From positions 11,534,001 through 11,598,000 of the forward strand of contig CM052818.1 in assembly GCA_028534125.1 (NCBI GenBank): a DNA stretch of 64,000 bases. Direction: 5' to 3'. The notes below the pieces were generated by a model. The model did not search any database. It was not told where the DNA came from and worked only from the letters and a program-made list of their open reading frames with translations. Made by a program: the position numbers and the translations under genes. The DNA is from Lama glama (Eukaryota). This document shows positions 1 to 11,520 of the stretch, in pieces; position 1 is the first letter of the stretch; each line of letters opens with the position of its first letter.

Positions 1-1839
1 GTGTAGTAATAAATATTTACTTTCCAATTGCATGAAAAATATTTGGGATGTAACCCTGTCAGCAAGAACAAATAGACAGGCAAAATAAAAGGCAAATGGG
101 ATAAAGTCTTTGTGTTTTTTACTAAGGAGAATTTGGGAAATTCTTAATTTATCAACTCTGATAAGGCCACCTTCTAGCACATCTTGAAAATCCTGAGTGC
201 AAGTATCTAGAACAAACTCAGTTCTGAAAATTGGTCTTGTCTTTTAAGAAGCCTGTTTCAAGAAATATACAACTGTGGTCATTTGCAGAAAAACACTCCT
301 GGTGACAGTACTTAACTGGCACCTGGCGCAATACCTGGGATTGCAGGCAAGGGCCTTGCCATCCACCTTTTCAAACTCAGGACTTCAGCTCTTACATAAA
401 ATTACTAATTCTTCCTTTCAGCACTACCACTCTCTTCCTGTTAATTTCTTCAAATGGTTTTGTCTCTCTTCTAGTCTCAAAATGTGACCAGACTTGAACA
501 TTGCTGATGTTTAAACATCATATTAATCTTTTTTTTCCTTTAAGCTGAATGCTAAATCTACAACTCCATGCACTATACCTGCCACAGCGTCTGGGAAGGA
601 GAAAGCAGCTGCCCAGCACACAGGAGGGGACGCACCTTCACATCTAAAGAGTTCCCCACCCAAAGAGTTCCAAGGCCCCAGGAAAGCCACTTGACCCACT
701 AAGATTCAGCTTTCTCACTGGCTAAATGAACTCCCAACACTGACCTGAATCTCTGACCCTCCCATTGGCCTGTATACTTTAGTGACTGTTCTCAGTGAAA
801 CTATGGCGAGGTTTGTAGGCAGCTAATACAGACTTTGGGCCATCCATAACTTTCGCCGTGGTACAGTCAGACTATTATTTACCCAATAAACCGTAACTGC
901 AGTGGGCGCCCAATAATTCAGCACTGGAGAAGTATGTGCTGCAGAAGAAGTCATTATGGTCCATCAGATCAAAAATTCACTTCTAAAGAAGTGTCCAAGT
1001 ACAGACATACACAATGGGCTGAAATCATTACTGACTATTTTGCCAAATTATACACATGTTCAAAATGACCGCAGCACCTATCATATACCTCACTGTGTGC
1101 TTATCCAACACATAGAAGGGATTTTAGAAAAAGAAAGAAAATAAAAGGGGGGAAAAGGACATAAGTCTTTATATTTCAAAATACAAAGATTATATTACAA
1201 ATGTAGAGAAGCCCAAAAATCTGAAAAGTAAAGACAGGTATTTCTTTTTAATTTACATTGTGCAGGTTGTTCTTATTATTATCACTTTTTTTTTTAAACC
1301 CCAAGTCCCTTCAGCTGAAAAGACACTGTACGCCTTCACTCTAAATGTTCTGCATGTTTTCTGCTTGTGTTATTCTAAAAGGTCTGAACAAAGAGCTTGT
1401 CGTATTGCTGGCAATTTGGAAAACCACCAAAGTTACAATAGATGGTGAATATCTTTGCTTCTTTCAGTTTTGCTCCACAGAAAGAAATCAAGGCACCCTT
1501 CCTGGATGTCTGTTTTGTTTTTGTAATCACTCCAGCACACGGTGTGTACATACAGAGTGACAGAGGCTCAAGTTCATGAGAATAATGATAAAATGAAGAG
1601 ACTCAAAATTCTTAATCTTAAAAGGCTTGATTAGGAAATATACCTCAAATTTCATACACAGAAGTAAAATGCTGAGATTTATCAAAAGTTTATTTGTATT
1701 AATTAATGTTTTTCATTTAGAGGTAGGAGAACATGCATTGAAAATAAAATCACCATTCTACAATCCCAGATGAATTCTGGAGATCTTCATATAACAGTTT
1801 TGTTTGTGTTTTGTTTTTTAACTTACCCCTTCCACCAAG

Positions 1840-1955
1840 TTGTTCTCTTTCTTTCATTCTTTTCTCTCTCCTGCCTCCTTCTCTACTTCACCCTCCCTTC
1901 CTCTTTCTCTGCACCCCCTGCATCCCCATCTCTCAGCCACGCCCTCTCTTTCTCT
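1840..1955. repeat. Polypyrimidine low-complexity tract
   Basis: Almost entirely C/T on + (ctttcattcttttctctctcctgcctccttctct...). Confidence 0.8.
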
Positions 1956-3687
1956 CAGACACACAGGGAAAACATCAGATTAATTATAGTGCCTGCAACT
2001 TTTTTGTTTGTTTTGACTTGAGAGGAAAGGACATTTCACAGCCTATCTCCATCCATTTTAGGATTTTTAAAAGAGGTTCTCAAAATACTTGCTTACTATT
2101 TTATGAAAGCATAAAAATCGGAACCTGCTTTTTCACTCTTTCTCTCCCTTTTTATCAAGATCAGTATTTTTTTCCCCCTGCCTAGAAATGATCCCTTCAA
2201 AAAGTCAGCAAAATATTTTGGCTGTCTTCAGCAGCGCTTTGGGCTTCTCTGTTACAAATTGTATAAACATTTTCCAGACAGGGGAATTTGAAGGGTTTAA
2301 ATTATTTTTTTAAATGATGTCTGTATTCTAGCACATTCACATTTGCAAGAGGAAGAAGGAGGCAAGGAAAGCTACCACAGAACATAATATGTCTGGAATC
2401 AGAGGACTATTGAGCTCTATGCAAATCTGGGAAGGGAAAATATCTTGCTCATACATTATCAACAGCAAGGATTCTGAGTTTCCCAGGCTGATGAAACAAA
2501 TGCTCTCGCTGGATGTAGTCTGTCATTCATATTGAGCTCACATATTTTACTTCCTGAAACCAAACAAATCCTGATAAACTACTTCAGTGAGCCTTTAATC
2601 AAAATTTCGGCAGCACGCAGTTGGCGACAGAAAGATCAGTCTGTGGAGCCTGAAACCCTTTCATCATCAAATATACAGAAATAATAATTATATTTATCTG
2701 TTTGGTTCAGGCTGCACACCAAGATTTACCCTTGCCCTAAGGACACAGAAATCATCAGGCATTGTCATCTCTAAAGAAAAAAAAAATTCTTAATAACTTG
2801 GAGGTTAAACGGTTCTCAATAGTTCTGGGAGATGAGGAAAAGGAAATAAAAATAATGCATTACTTTAACATTTTTCCCTTGTAATACCATATCAAGCTGT
2901 GTCGTGTACTAACCAATTAGCACTTCTGATAATAACCCTGGAAGCGCTAGTAAGTAAGCATCTAGCCTGACCAATAAAAAATTTTTTTGAGGAGGGGAGA
3001 TTGTCCCATAATCCTGTTTCCCATCCTTTCAGAAGGTGTGTGTCTGGTAAATGTATTTCAATCTAACTTATTCCAAAAACAGTTGAAAAGTAGATCAAAT
3101 GAACAGAGGAGTTGATTTTGAAAAATATTTTGGGGTGGAAATGATATATCAATTTGAATTCCTACAAAAGCAAAAACTGAGACAAGGGCTTGTTGAATGG
3201 TGGTTACTTGGATGGGACTCTGGGGAGCTGGAGTGAAGGAATGGGGAGACTGAGTTAGGCAAGGAGGAAAGCTAGGCAGGGTGAGTTTTGAGCTGGTTAT
3301 CACTGAGGACACCTGAGGCCAATTCCCCCTGGGGTCCCTGAGGAACCGAGGAGGAATGAACCTCAGAACTCAGAACCTCACTGCCTATGAGGAAGCGGGG
3401 GCATCTCTCCTCTGACCCAGTCCACAACTGACAGCTGCCCGTCCCTGAAAGCTTGGAGTGCCCCATCTTCAGGGCTACACCTACTCAGAACTAAACCAAC
3501 TAAGGCTTAAGAGCAAGCCCCAAGGTGGAGAAGCTCAGAGCAGCCAGAAGTGGGAAGCCATGGGCGGGCACAGGAATTGATTACAAGGGCTGAGGGGGCC
3601 GAGGGAACACAGGTAGGGGCACCAGTATTATCTCCTACCAGTTTCTTGCTCTAGAATAACTTGAGAAGATCATTTTATGTTCCTCTC

Positions 3688-4239
3688 AAAAAGTAAGTAC
3701 AAGCAATCAAGTCATGAAAAGACACGGAAGAAACTTAAATGCCTATCACCAAGTGAAAGAAGCTCATCTGAAAAGGCTGCATACGGTAGGATTCCAACGC
3801 TATGACATTCTGAAAAAGACCAAACTATGGAGCCAGTAAATTGGTCAGTGGTTACTAGGGGACATGGCAGATGGGGGATGGGGGAGCAGGGAAAATGAAT
3901 GAGGGAGCACAGAGGACTTCAGAGCAGTGAAAATACTCTGAATGATATTATAATGATAGATATATATCATTATATATTTGTCCAAACCCACAGAATGTAC
4001 AACACCAAGAGGGCGCTGAAATGTAAACTACGGACTTTAGGCTATTACGATGTGTCACTGTAGGTCCATCAGTCATAACAAGCGCACCACTCTGGTGGGG
4101 GATGTTGATAACGGGGGAGGCTGTGCATGTGTTGGGTCAGTGGGTACATGAGAAATCTCTGTACCTTCTTCTCAACTTGGCTCTGAACCTAAAACTGCTC
4201 TAAAAATAAATTCTTAATTTAAAAAAAAGTAAATATAAG
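3688..4239 (+). mobile_element. 5'-truncated L1 3' end (L1MC1-like) with A-tail and degenerate TSD
   Basis: Resembles the L1MC 3'UTR (gtgaaagaagc..tctgaaaaggctgcatac; tgtccaaacccacagaatgtacaacaccaagag; tgaacctaaaactgctctaaaaataaa). Flanks aaaaagtaagtacaag (3688-3703) and aaaaagtaaatataag (4224-4239) fit a target-site duplication. Confidence 0.9.
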
Positions 4240-4674
4240 AGCAGTGAGCGTAGTAATTAGCACCACATACTATTTATGTGGAATCACCTTTGCAAAACAT
4301 ACATGTATTCAAAGGAAGATTTTCTTTATTCCCCTCCTTCATGGGCCTCAAGACAAATACCACCACTCTTCTTTCCTGGTTTCCCTTTTCAGGTCCTCTT
4401 TGTCATATTTTTCTTCTTACCTTCATCTCACTCACTATAACAGTTTTCCTTCCTCTTCAATTGTCTTTACTTTTCCATGGTCCTCAAGAATTGTGGAACA
4501 TGCTCTTTACCCAATTAAGACATAAAAAGTAGCCCCGAAACTGCCACTAAAGCAATTTGGTGTCATTTGATTATTAGAATATTAGCTATTAAAGTAGCAG
4601 GAAGGTCTGTCTTATCTGTTACATTGAATTTTGTAAAAAATATCTAAATTAAAATTCTGGTTTGGTCTATGTAT

Positions 4675-4773
4675 GGAGAGGGAGGAAGGGGGAGGAGAGG
4701 GAAGGAGGAAAAGGGAGAAAGTGAGAAGGAGAAGAAGGAGGAGGGAAGGAGCAGAAAAGGAAGGAAGGAAGGA
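4675..4773. repeat. Polypurine (GA-rich) tract
   Basis: About 100 nt of nearly pure G/A on +. Confidence 0.85.
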
Positions 4774-5647
4774 GTCGTCAAGATTTTGTTTGAAATATTT
4801 CCTGGTTCAGTTATGATGTATCCCATAAGCCAGTCGCTTTGGGATGTATTTACCTATTTTGACACTTTCCCTGGCCATAGATTCCCACTAACTTCGTTAT
4901 AATTACTAAATCTAGCAGTCATTAGGGTCTCCTGTTAGAACTTACTACAGAATCTACAGTCGCCACATCTCTAATTTAAGAGGACACACACCTGCTTTAA
5001 TTACAGGGCCCTTGAGAGATAACAAGATATAAGTAACATGACCAGATGAGAGTCAATTGTTGGAACTGTTTCCTGATAAAATGTGTTTAGCTCCAGAGGC
5101 TAAAGCTCACTAACTCTTTTCTATACAGCATCAAGATGTCAACAGGAGCACGGCTGCTGGGAATAATTGAAATGCCTCTCTTCATTGAGAAACTGCCCAT
5201 ACAGTAAACAAAGCCCACAAGACATGGCAGTAGATGTTTAGAGTCATTTCTGGCTTGTTCTGTCATCGGCAACCAATCTGGACATGAGAAAACTGCAGTG
5301 GCAGATCCCAGTGCAGATATGATCCAACATTTATGTCTCCCCTCAGTGAATACAATATTATGGACCAAAATATCACCCTTAGGATCTAATCCTCAGTTTG
5401 TTTGCTATGTTTGTTTTTATTTTACTTTTTATATAACCTTGAAAAGAGTTAACAAAAACATGTTTTACTGGTGTTCAGTCTGTAGCCTTCTATTAATGAT
5501 GAGAGGTTGAATGAAATGGCATCACACAAGGACTGGGGACTGTAAGCAGAGCATTCAAGGTATTTCTCAGTTCTCAGTCTACATCATCTCATCTCCAGAG
5601 TAATATTCCTGCCATTTAGCAGGTCTCATTGTCACCAGCTTCTCTCA

Positions 5648-5990
5648 TTGTAAGAGTCAGGCTAGGACTCAGAATTTAAGCCAGAAGAGTTTATTTTGCG
5701 CTCACACAGAGTCCGCTGTAGTTCCCAATGCCTCTCCAAAGCAGCTCCCATCACCAAGCGAGTCAGAGATACAAGTTGTTTCCATCTTGGGTCTCTGCCA
5801 CCTCAACCAGGGACCTCCAAGGTTGCCATAACAGTGGAAAGGAAAGCTGGAGGCACATACGCTGACTCCTGAGTGCACTGCCTAGAGGTAAGACTTAGCT
5901 GTTCCCAGCCCATGGGCCAGAATCGGTACCATGGCATTGCTAGTGGGGCAAGGCCTGGGATATGAGGGGGAGCACTCAGAGATACAGGAA
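5648..5990 (-). mobile_element. Degenerate old MaLR LTR (MLT1K/L-like)
   Basis: Reverse MLT1 motifs: gtcaggctagg, gtttccatcttgggtctctgccacctc, ggccagaatcggtaccatggc. Confidence 0.5.
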
Positions 5991-6549
5991 ACAGTAAACA
6001 TCTTTGCCACACTTCTCAATAATATGCTCTTCACATCCAGAACAAACTAATAGTCCTCAAATACTATTTTTACCCTATTCTTTCCTCTGTAAAAAACTTA
6101 GAAATATTTTCGCAGCACCTGGCAATTTTATGTGACTTAACTTTAGTCATTTTTTTCCCAATGTGTTTAAGTCTTCAATAGGCCATAATTAAGACAATAT
6201 TTTTGAAAGGGGTAAGACTGTGGTCATGATGAAGATTCTATAATTTTGACATAGGTCAGAGTTCTGGGAAGAAAAAGATCACAGGATCAGGGAGAGCAGA
6301 GCCTCTACTTGTCTTCCTCACCAGCAAGCCTTCAGCATTATCACCCGATATTACAATATCAGGAAATAGTTTAAAAATGTAGTTGAACTGCAGAATTTTT
6401 CCTGCTGCTAGTTCCATGTCCTGAAGCAAGTCCAACCTCCTTCCCACTAACAATGGCCTTCGTAGGTGTCCTCGTCTGCTTCTCTCCAACCCTGCTCCCA
6501 ACATGCACGGTCACAAGTATGACAATGATGAACCCAACAAAAAAACTTG

Positions 6550-6725
6550 GATTTACAACTTACAAGGTCCTTTCACAAATATTATTTTTAAGCCATCAAC
6601 TCCTTTGTAAGATATGCAAAGTAGAGTTAATGATTCCATTTCATAGATGAAGGAGCAGAATATCAGAAACGTTAACTATTTCATACACTTTCTGACTCTT
6701 AGTCCAGGGTCCTTCTCACCATTCC
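6550..6725 (-). mobile_element. MIR SINE fragment
   Basis: ccatttcatagatgaaggagcagaatatcagaaacgttaac ... tctgactcttagtccagggtcctt resembles the reverse MIR core. Confidence 0.6.
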
Positions 6726-6774
6726 TGTATTCATGGTAACCGTGGCTGACATGCTCCGCCTTACGCTATTCATA

Positions 6775-7062
6775 GCTCTACTCCCCTCTGTCCTGCCCTG
6801 CAATGTCTCCTCCTTACTCTTCCTCTCACACCAGATTCACATTCTCTCTCCTCCAGAATATCCTTTTGACCACTTTACACCAGAACATTCTCCCTCCTCC
6901 TAATTCTGTTTGGATGTATGATCTACTGCAGACTCATCATCCACATGTGCTCTGAGTCTTCTCCCTAACAGACTGGAGATGCTTATGGGGGGAAAACTGT
7001 ATCCTCCAACCATTTTCTATGCCCCTAAGCATCAAGCAGCATGCTTGGTACATATTTGCTGA
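6775..7062 (+). mobile_element. L2 3' fragment
   Basis: tctccctaacagactggagatgcttatggggg ... agcatgcttggtacatatttgctga resembles the L2 3' end. Confidence 0.55.
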
Positions 7063-9072
7063 CCACTTCCACCACACTTTGAAGCAAGAAGAAAAATCTG
7101 AGTATCACCCATACTTTCTGTAGAACCCAAACTCTAAATGGCGACTGGCTGACTTTGTAGACTTCCATATAGATACAATACAGCTACTACAGAGTTTAAA
7201 GCCATCCCAATTTTAGCTAGATCTTTAAAATGTTTTGTTTATGAATTCAAAGATCCTTATAAAGAATTAAATACCTATTTTTACTCTAAGGAACATTCCA
7301 TAAAGATAGAATAAATGGGACAAGAATTATTAGCAAATCTTTTCATAACTGACTGAAAATAGAAAAAGCAAACTGCAAGATTAACCCATTGTCAGTTCAG
7401 CTCAGTACTCTCTTTCTCACAATAAAACTCAGGGAGGGAGGGCAGTAAGATATTTTTAGAGAATGGAGTAGTGGTCCCAAATGGCATCAACTTCAAGTTG
7501 GTGAACATAACTCAATCTATTTTGAAGCTATTTTTCTTTTACTTTGGGTACTTGATTTTACATAATAACTATCTATAATGTAAAACAGCACTTAATATTT
7601 ATTTGTACAAAGGCTGCCTATAGTCCCAGTATCCTGAAAGTTGTTGAAGTTTATCTTACCTGTATTTTAGGTACTCCATCTCCTAACAAGCTTTGTTCTG
7701 CAGACTCAGAATTAGTTTTCTTTTGTCTTAGATAGTGGGATTACAGAAATTGTATAGTGAGTGTGAAATAACTTCTAAAGTCAGTTTTTTTTTTGCCAAA
7801 GTACATGAGCTAAATATTTTTTTAAATTAAATTGCCTCATCTATTGAACATCCTTACTCTATTACAGCATACTGCAACAGTAAGATACAGACCCAAACAA
7901 AATACGATTCCTCCAAGTTGCCAGTGGGATTCTGTGGGTGGCGAGGAAAACACATGACATTTAGTTAAAGAGGGTAGTTGTAATTCTCCGTGCTTATCAC
8001 CAACATCTTCAAATCACACACTTCCGCAGCCCAGCATTCTCTTGGCTTACACTCATAATTCTTTTTTAACTTTAACAGAGTAGGGCAGCCAGTGAGTGGG
8101 GAAGGAGATAAAGATGTGGGTAAGGCTTCTAAGGGGCTGAGTCAGATATGTATTTAGATATGCAGAAACAGAATTTCACATTAGGATCAAGAAAAGGGTA
8201 ACATACTGGCTTTATTTTCCCCTGAAAAGGAAACTCAAAATGTTAAGACAAAGTAGGCCACAGTGAAGTTTAAAGTGTAGATATTTCCAAATTATTCAGG
8301 GCATTTATGCTAATTGTACTGACAAAGAGTCTATGATTATTTTGGTTCCCTCACTAAGAATATTAAAAGATCTGGGCTGACATAAAGAGATACGTGAAAG
8401 CAAAGTTTTATTACAGATGTCAGATTTGTTAACGAGTGATTCATGATAGATTACTTTATTGAAGTAAGTAATAAGTTTAATTACAAATCTTTTCAAATCT
8501 TTTTTTCTCCTTAATGCAATAAAGAATAGGAAGAAGGTATGGTTTATCTTCAAAAGGGAGGTAAAAATTATTCGTGGGAACAATATGGCAAAAACTAATT
8601 TAATCTCTAGAAATTTCAAATTAAAAAAAAAAAGGAAAGAAAGGGTCAGCAAAATATGGCTGGAGCTGGCAGTGTATGATTACACCAAGCACTTTTTTGT
8701 TGAGACAGGAAAAAGATTTATGTTCCACGGTAAAAGAATGTGTGTCGCGTGAGTGATACTGAAAGGTAACTGAACAGAGGCTGATGTGGGAGATAAGGTA
8801 GCAAATGCTCACAGAGTCGTGTGTTGGGTCAGAGACGTGTGGAGGGAAGAATGTTAAATGCCTCTGCACGGGCCCTGCAACGATCACAGATGATTTTTTC
8901 GTAAGTGTACTCTTTACTTTTCCACTCTACACATCTGTTTAGATTTTTAAAAATTAAAACACATGTACTTCCAAATGTATATACAAATATTCTTGCATTA
9001 TAAGATGTACCTTTAAAGAAATATGTCGGGTGAGGGGAGGCCCATGTCATTAGGGGCCATTAGAATAAGTAC

Positions 9073-9230
9073 CTGGATTCCAAGTAAGACAGAGGAATGC
9101 CCTGCTAATGCACGCAAGACTGAGCTCCTCCCATCTGATCCCAGATGAATTTGGTGCAGCTTTTCAGTTGCATTTGATGATGAAGCAGCTGGACTAGACA
9201 TGGACAGAGTGTAATAATAGACAGTGCCCC
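9073..9230 (-). CDS. Candidate internal exon (158 nt, phase 1 to 0) of an unidentified minus-strand gene
   Basis: Acceptor gatgtggtttccatttcag|G and donor CAG|gtactt. One frame is fully open: xGTVYYYTLSMSSPAASSSNATEKLHQIHLGSDGRSSVLRALAGHSSVLLGIQ (within ORF 9013-9255). Non-repetitive; peptide not recognised. Confidence 0.4.
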
Positions 9231-9489
9231 CTGAAATGGAAACCACATCATTCATCCTTTCTAATTTTCAAAATCAGATTTTTTTTTCATCTTTTGGATA
9301 TCCTATGCTTCTATTTCTCAAGTTGAATTAACAGTAGGTATTTTGCACTCACTTTTTTTTTGCATAACAATTTTCCCCATTTGGGGGTTCTCATGTCTCC
9401 ATATACCGTGTCTTACAAAAGTGAATTCATCAATTATTAAATTGCATTGTCCCCATCTTCTCATTCTGGTTTATAGCAAAGATAAATGA

Positions 9490-9830
9490 GTTGATAATTA
9501 AAATAAGTAAGTACTGGCTGCCTATTGTGTGCCCAGCTCTATGAGAAATGCAGGAGAAAAAAGCCTCCCTACCCTCAACCTGAACACCAGTTGGACAATC
9601 AGGACAAAGAAGAAGGACTAAACAAGATTTGATTATGGATGTCAGCTCAGATGGCAGGTATAATGAAGGATTATTTGTGGAGCACAGGAAAATAAGTGCA
9701 AAAGCAATTTGAGAAGAAATAATAGAATGTGGGCTGAAATCATCAGAGAAGGTTTCACAGAAGAGATGCAATAAAAGTTAGGCTTTGAAATATGATACAC
9801 ATGCAGATGGACAGAAACTAAAAGGTGAGA
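9490..9830 (-). mobile_element. L2 fragment
   Basis: gtactggctgcctattgtgtgcccagctct ... atcagagaaggtttcacagaagagatg resembles the reverse L2 3' region. Confidence 0.6.
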
Positions 9831-9869
9831 ACCAATTATGGGCCAGGCTGTACTGAGTCAGCGTGATTA

Positions 9870-10015
9870 TACTTATTTCATAGTTGAGAGATATGGGATG
9901 GAAGAGATTTAGAGATTTAGTAAGAAGTTTCCCAGAGAGAAACGTCTATTAAGTGGTACAGTTTGGATTCAAGTCCAGGTCTGTCTAACCAACAATGGCT
10001 GAAAAATCTTCACTA
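9870..10015 (-). mobile_element. MIR fragment
   Basis: ggattcaagtccaggtctgtctaac, reverse MIR 5' half. Confidence 0.5.
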
Positions 10016-10628
10016 CATGGGAAAAGGAATATTAGAAGGAATAAGAAATATGAGTGGTAGAGACAGTTAGATCATCTGCCTGGCTGGCAAAGCAAAGCAT
10101 CCAAGACATCATTTATACCAATTCCTTTGTTTTACAGAGACTGGGATCCAAATAGAGTAGAAAAATAAAGCTAGATTAGTAGAATCTTGCAAACGCGGCA
10201 AAGGAAGACCCTCAAGCTTTAGAGATGGGCATAGAATATTTTAAGATAATTTGTATGCCACAGGCTGAAAACTTTTCTGTAGTACAGGGCTCTTCGAATC
10301 CAGTCTGCACGAATTCCCCATCCAAGAGCTCTGAACATCCAATGTCTCTGGGTTTAAGGAGCCACCAGAATTTCTGAGCAAGAAAGGAGAGGCCAAATGA
10401 AGATAAGCTGCAAACAGAGATGCTTCAGGAGCACTGAATGAGGCAGTGCTCCTCACCACCCTTAACCGTATCAGCCCAGGGGCCAGGAAAAGTTGGCTTC
10501 CAGAAGTCCTGCACCAAGAAATTAACCTTTTTTTCCGTTTTTGGAGTATTGGCTCCATGCCCAGCAGTATGCATATAAACTTACAAATCCACAACTGGGA
10601 CATCATTTAAGAAACTCTGGCTTAAGTA

Positions 10629-10869
10629 ACATAATGTAGAGGCTAAGCTCCCAGGCTCTGGCAGCAGACTCCCTGGGTTTCATAGCTCATCCTCTCACTT
10701 ACCAGGTGACCTTGGGCAATGTACTTCTTTGGTCTTCAGTTTCCTGATCTGTAAAATGAGGAAAATAACACCACCTACTTCACTGGGTTATTGTGAGGAT
10801 TCATTTAGAATCTCCAACTAAAGCTCTTAGAAAATACCCAGAAGCTACTAAGTACCTAATAAATGTCAG
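10629..10869 (+). mobile_element. Near full-length MIR SINE
   Basis: ggctctggcagcagactccctgggtt ... gtgaccttgggcaa ... cagtttcctgatctgtaaaatgagg ... gttattgtgaggatt ... aataaatgt. Confidence 0.88.
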
Positions 10870-11144
10870 GAGTGGGAGTCGGGGGAGTGGGAGGGAATCA
10901 GGGTCTCTGTCCCGGTTTGTTGGCCCTGTTATAACTAGTCTGTTTTTAATTTCTTCTTTGATTACCTGTATACTCACAATCAGACTTTGCAGATTCAAAA
11001 ATAGCTATTTACAACCATTTTTGCTGGATCTGATTCAGTAGAATAGTTTGTAGTATTGTATAGAAATGTGTTATAGGTGAGAACATAGTAAACTGAAATT
11101 CTGCTGGTTCCTTTAATGAATGTTATGCTACAGTGAACCACTGC

Positions 11145-11520
11145 ATCATTCAGGACAGGCTAATATATGCTGTAGTATACAAATAAACCCTGAAATTTCA
11201 GTGATTTAACACTCCTTCCCGCCCACACATACACACACATCCCTATTGTGATTCAGATAATTCTCTACTGAGTGATTCACAGATGTGGGCCACTTCTACC
11301 TTGCAATCCTCCATCTAATGTCCTTCATGTCTAAAACACAAATGGAGAGAGTAAGGGAGGGAAAGAAGAAGAAGAGGAAGAAAGGCAGAAAGAAAGAGAT
11401 ACAGTAAGGATGCAGACGGTCCACCCACTTCTAATTTGCCTAGAAGTGACACATCGGGAAGAATCAGTCCCATAAACATACCTGGGAAGAGAAGAGGACA
11501 CGTGAATAGTTGTTCACTAA
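11145..11520 (-). mobile_element. Old MaLR LTR (MLT1L-like)
   Basis: tcaggacaggctaatatatgctgtagtatacaaataaaccctgaaatttcagtgatttaacac and agaagtgacacatc are reverse MLT1 motifs. Confidence 0.55.

Noticed and set aside
1821..1835. Consensus minus-strand donor GGG|GTAAGT
   Set aside because: The upstream sequence is a low-complexity purine tract with no credible acceptor.
4002..4018. CTCF-like caccaagagggcgc in the L1MC1 fragment
   Set aside because: The 5' half of the motif mismatches. It is probably drift from the L1 consensus.
5105..5210. Plus-strand acceptor (cactaac-tcttttctatacag) with a short ORF MSTGARLLGIIEMPLFIEKLPIQ
   Set aside because: The branchpoint is unusually close, there is no good downstream donor, the ORF is tiny, and it is opposite to the inferred transcription direction.
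9171..9238. C/D-box snoRNA-like pattern on + (catt-tg-ATGATGA...CTGA-aatg)
   Set aside because: No convincing C'/D' boxes or rRNA guide that I can recognise. It is antisense to the inferred host, and such short motifs arise by chance. snoscan/Rfam would settle it.
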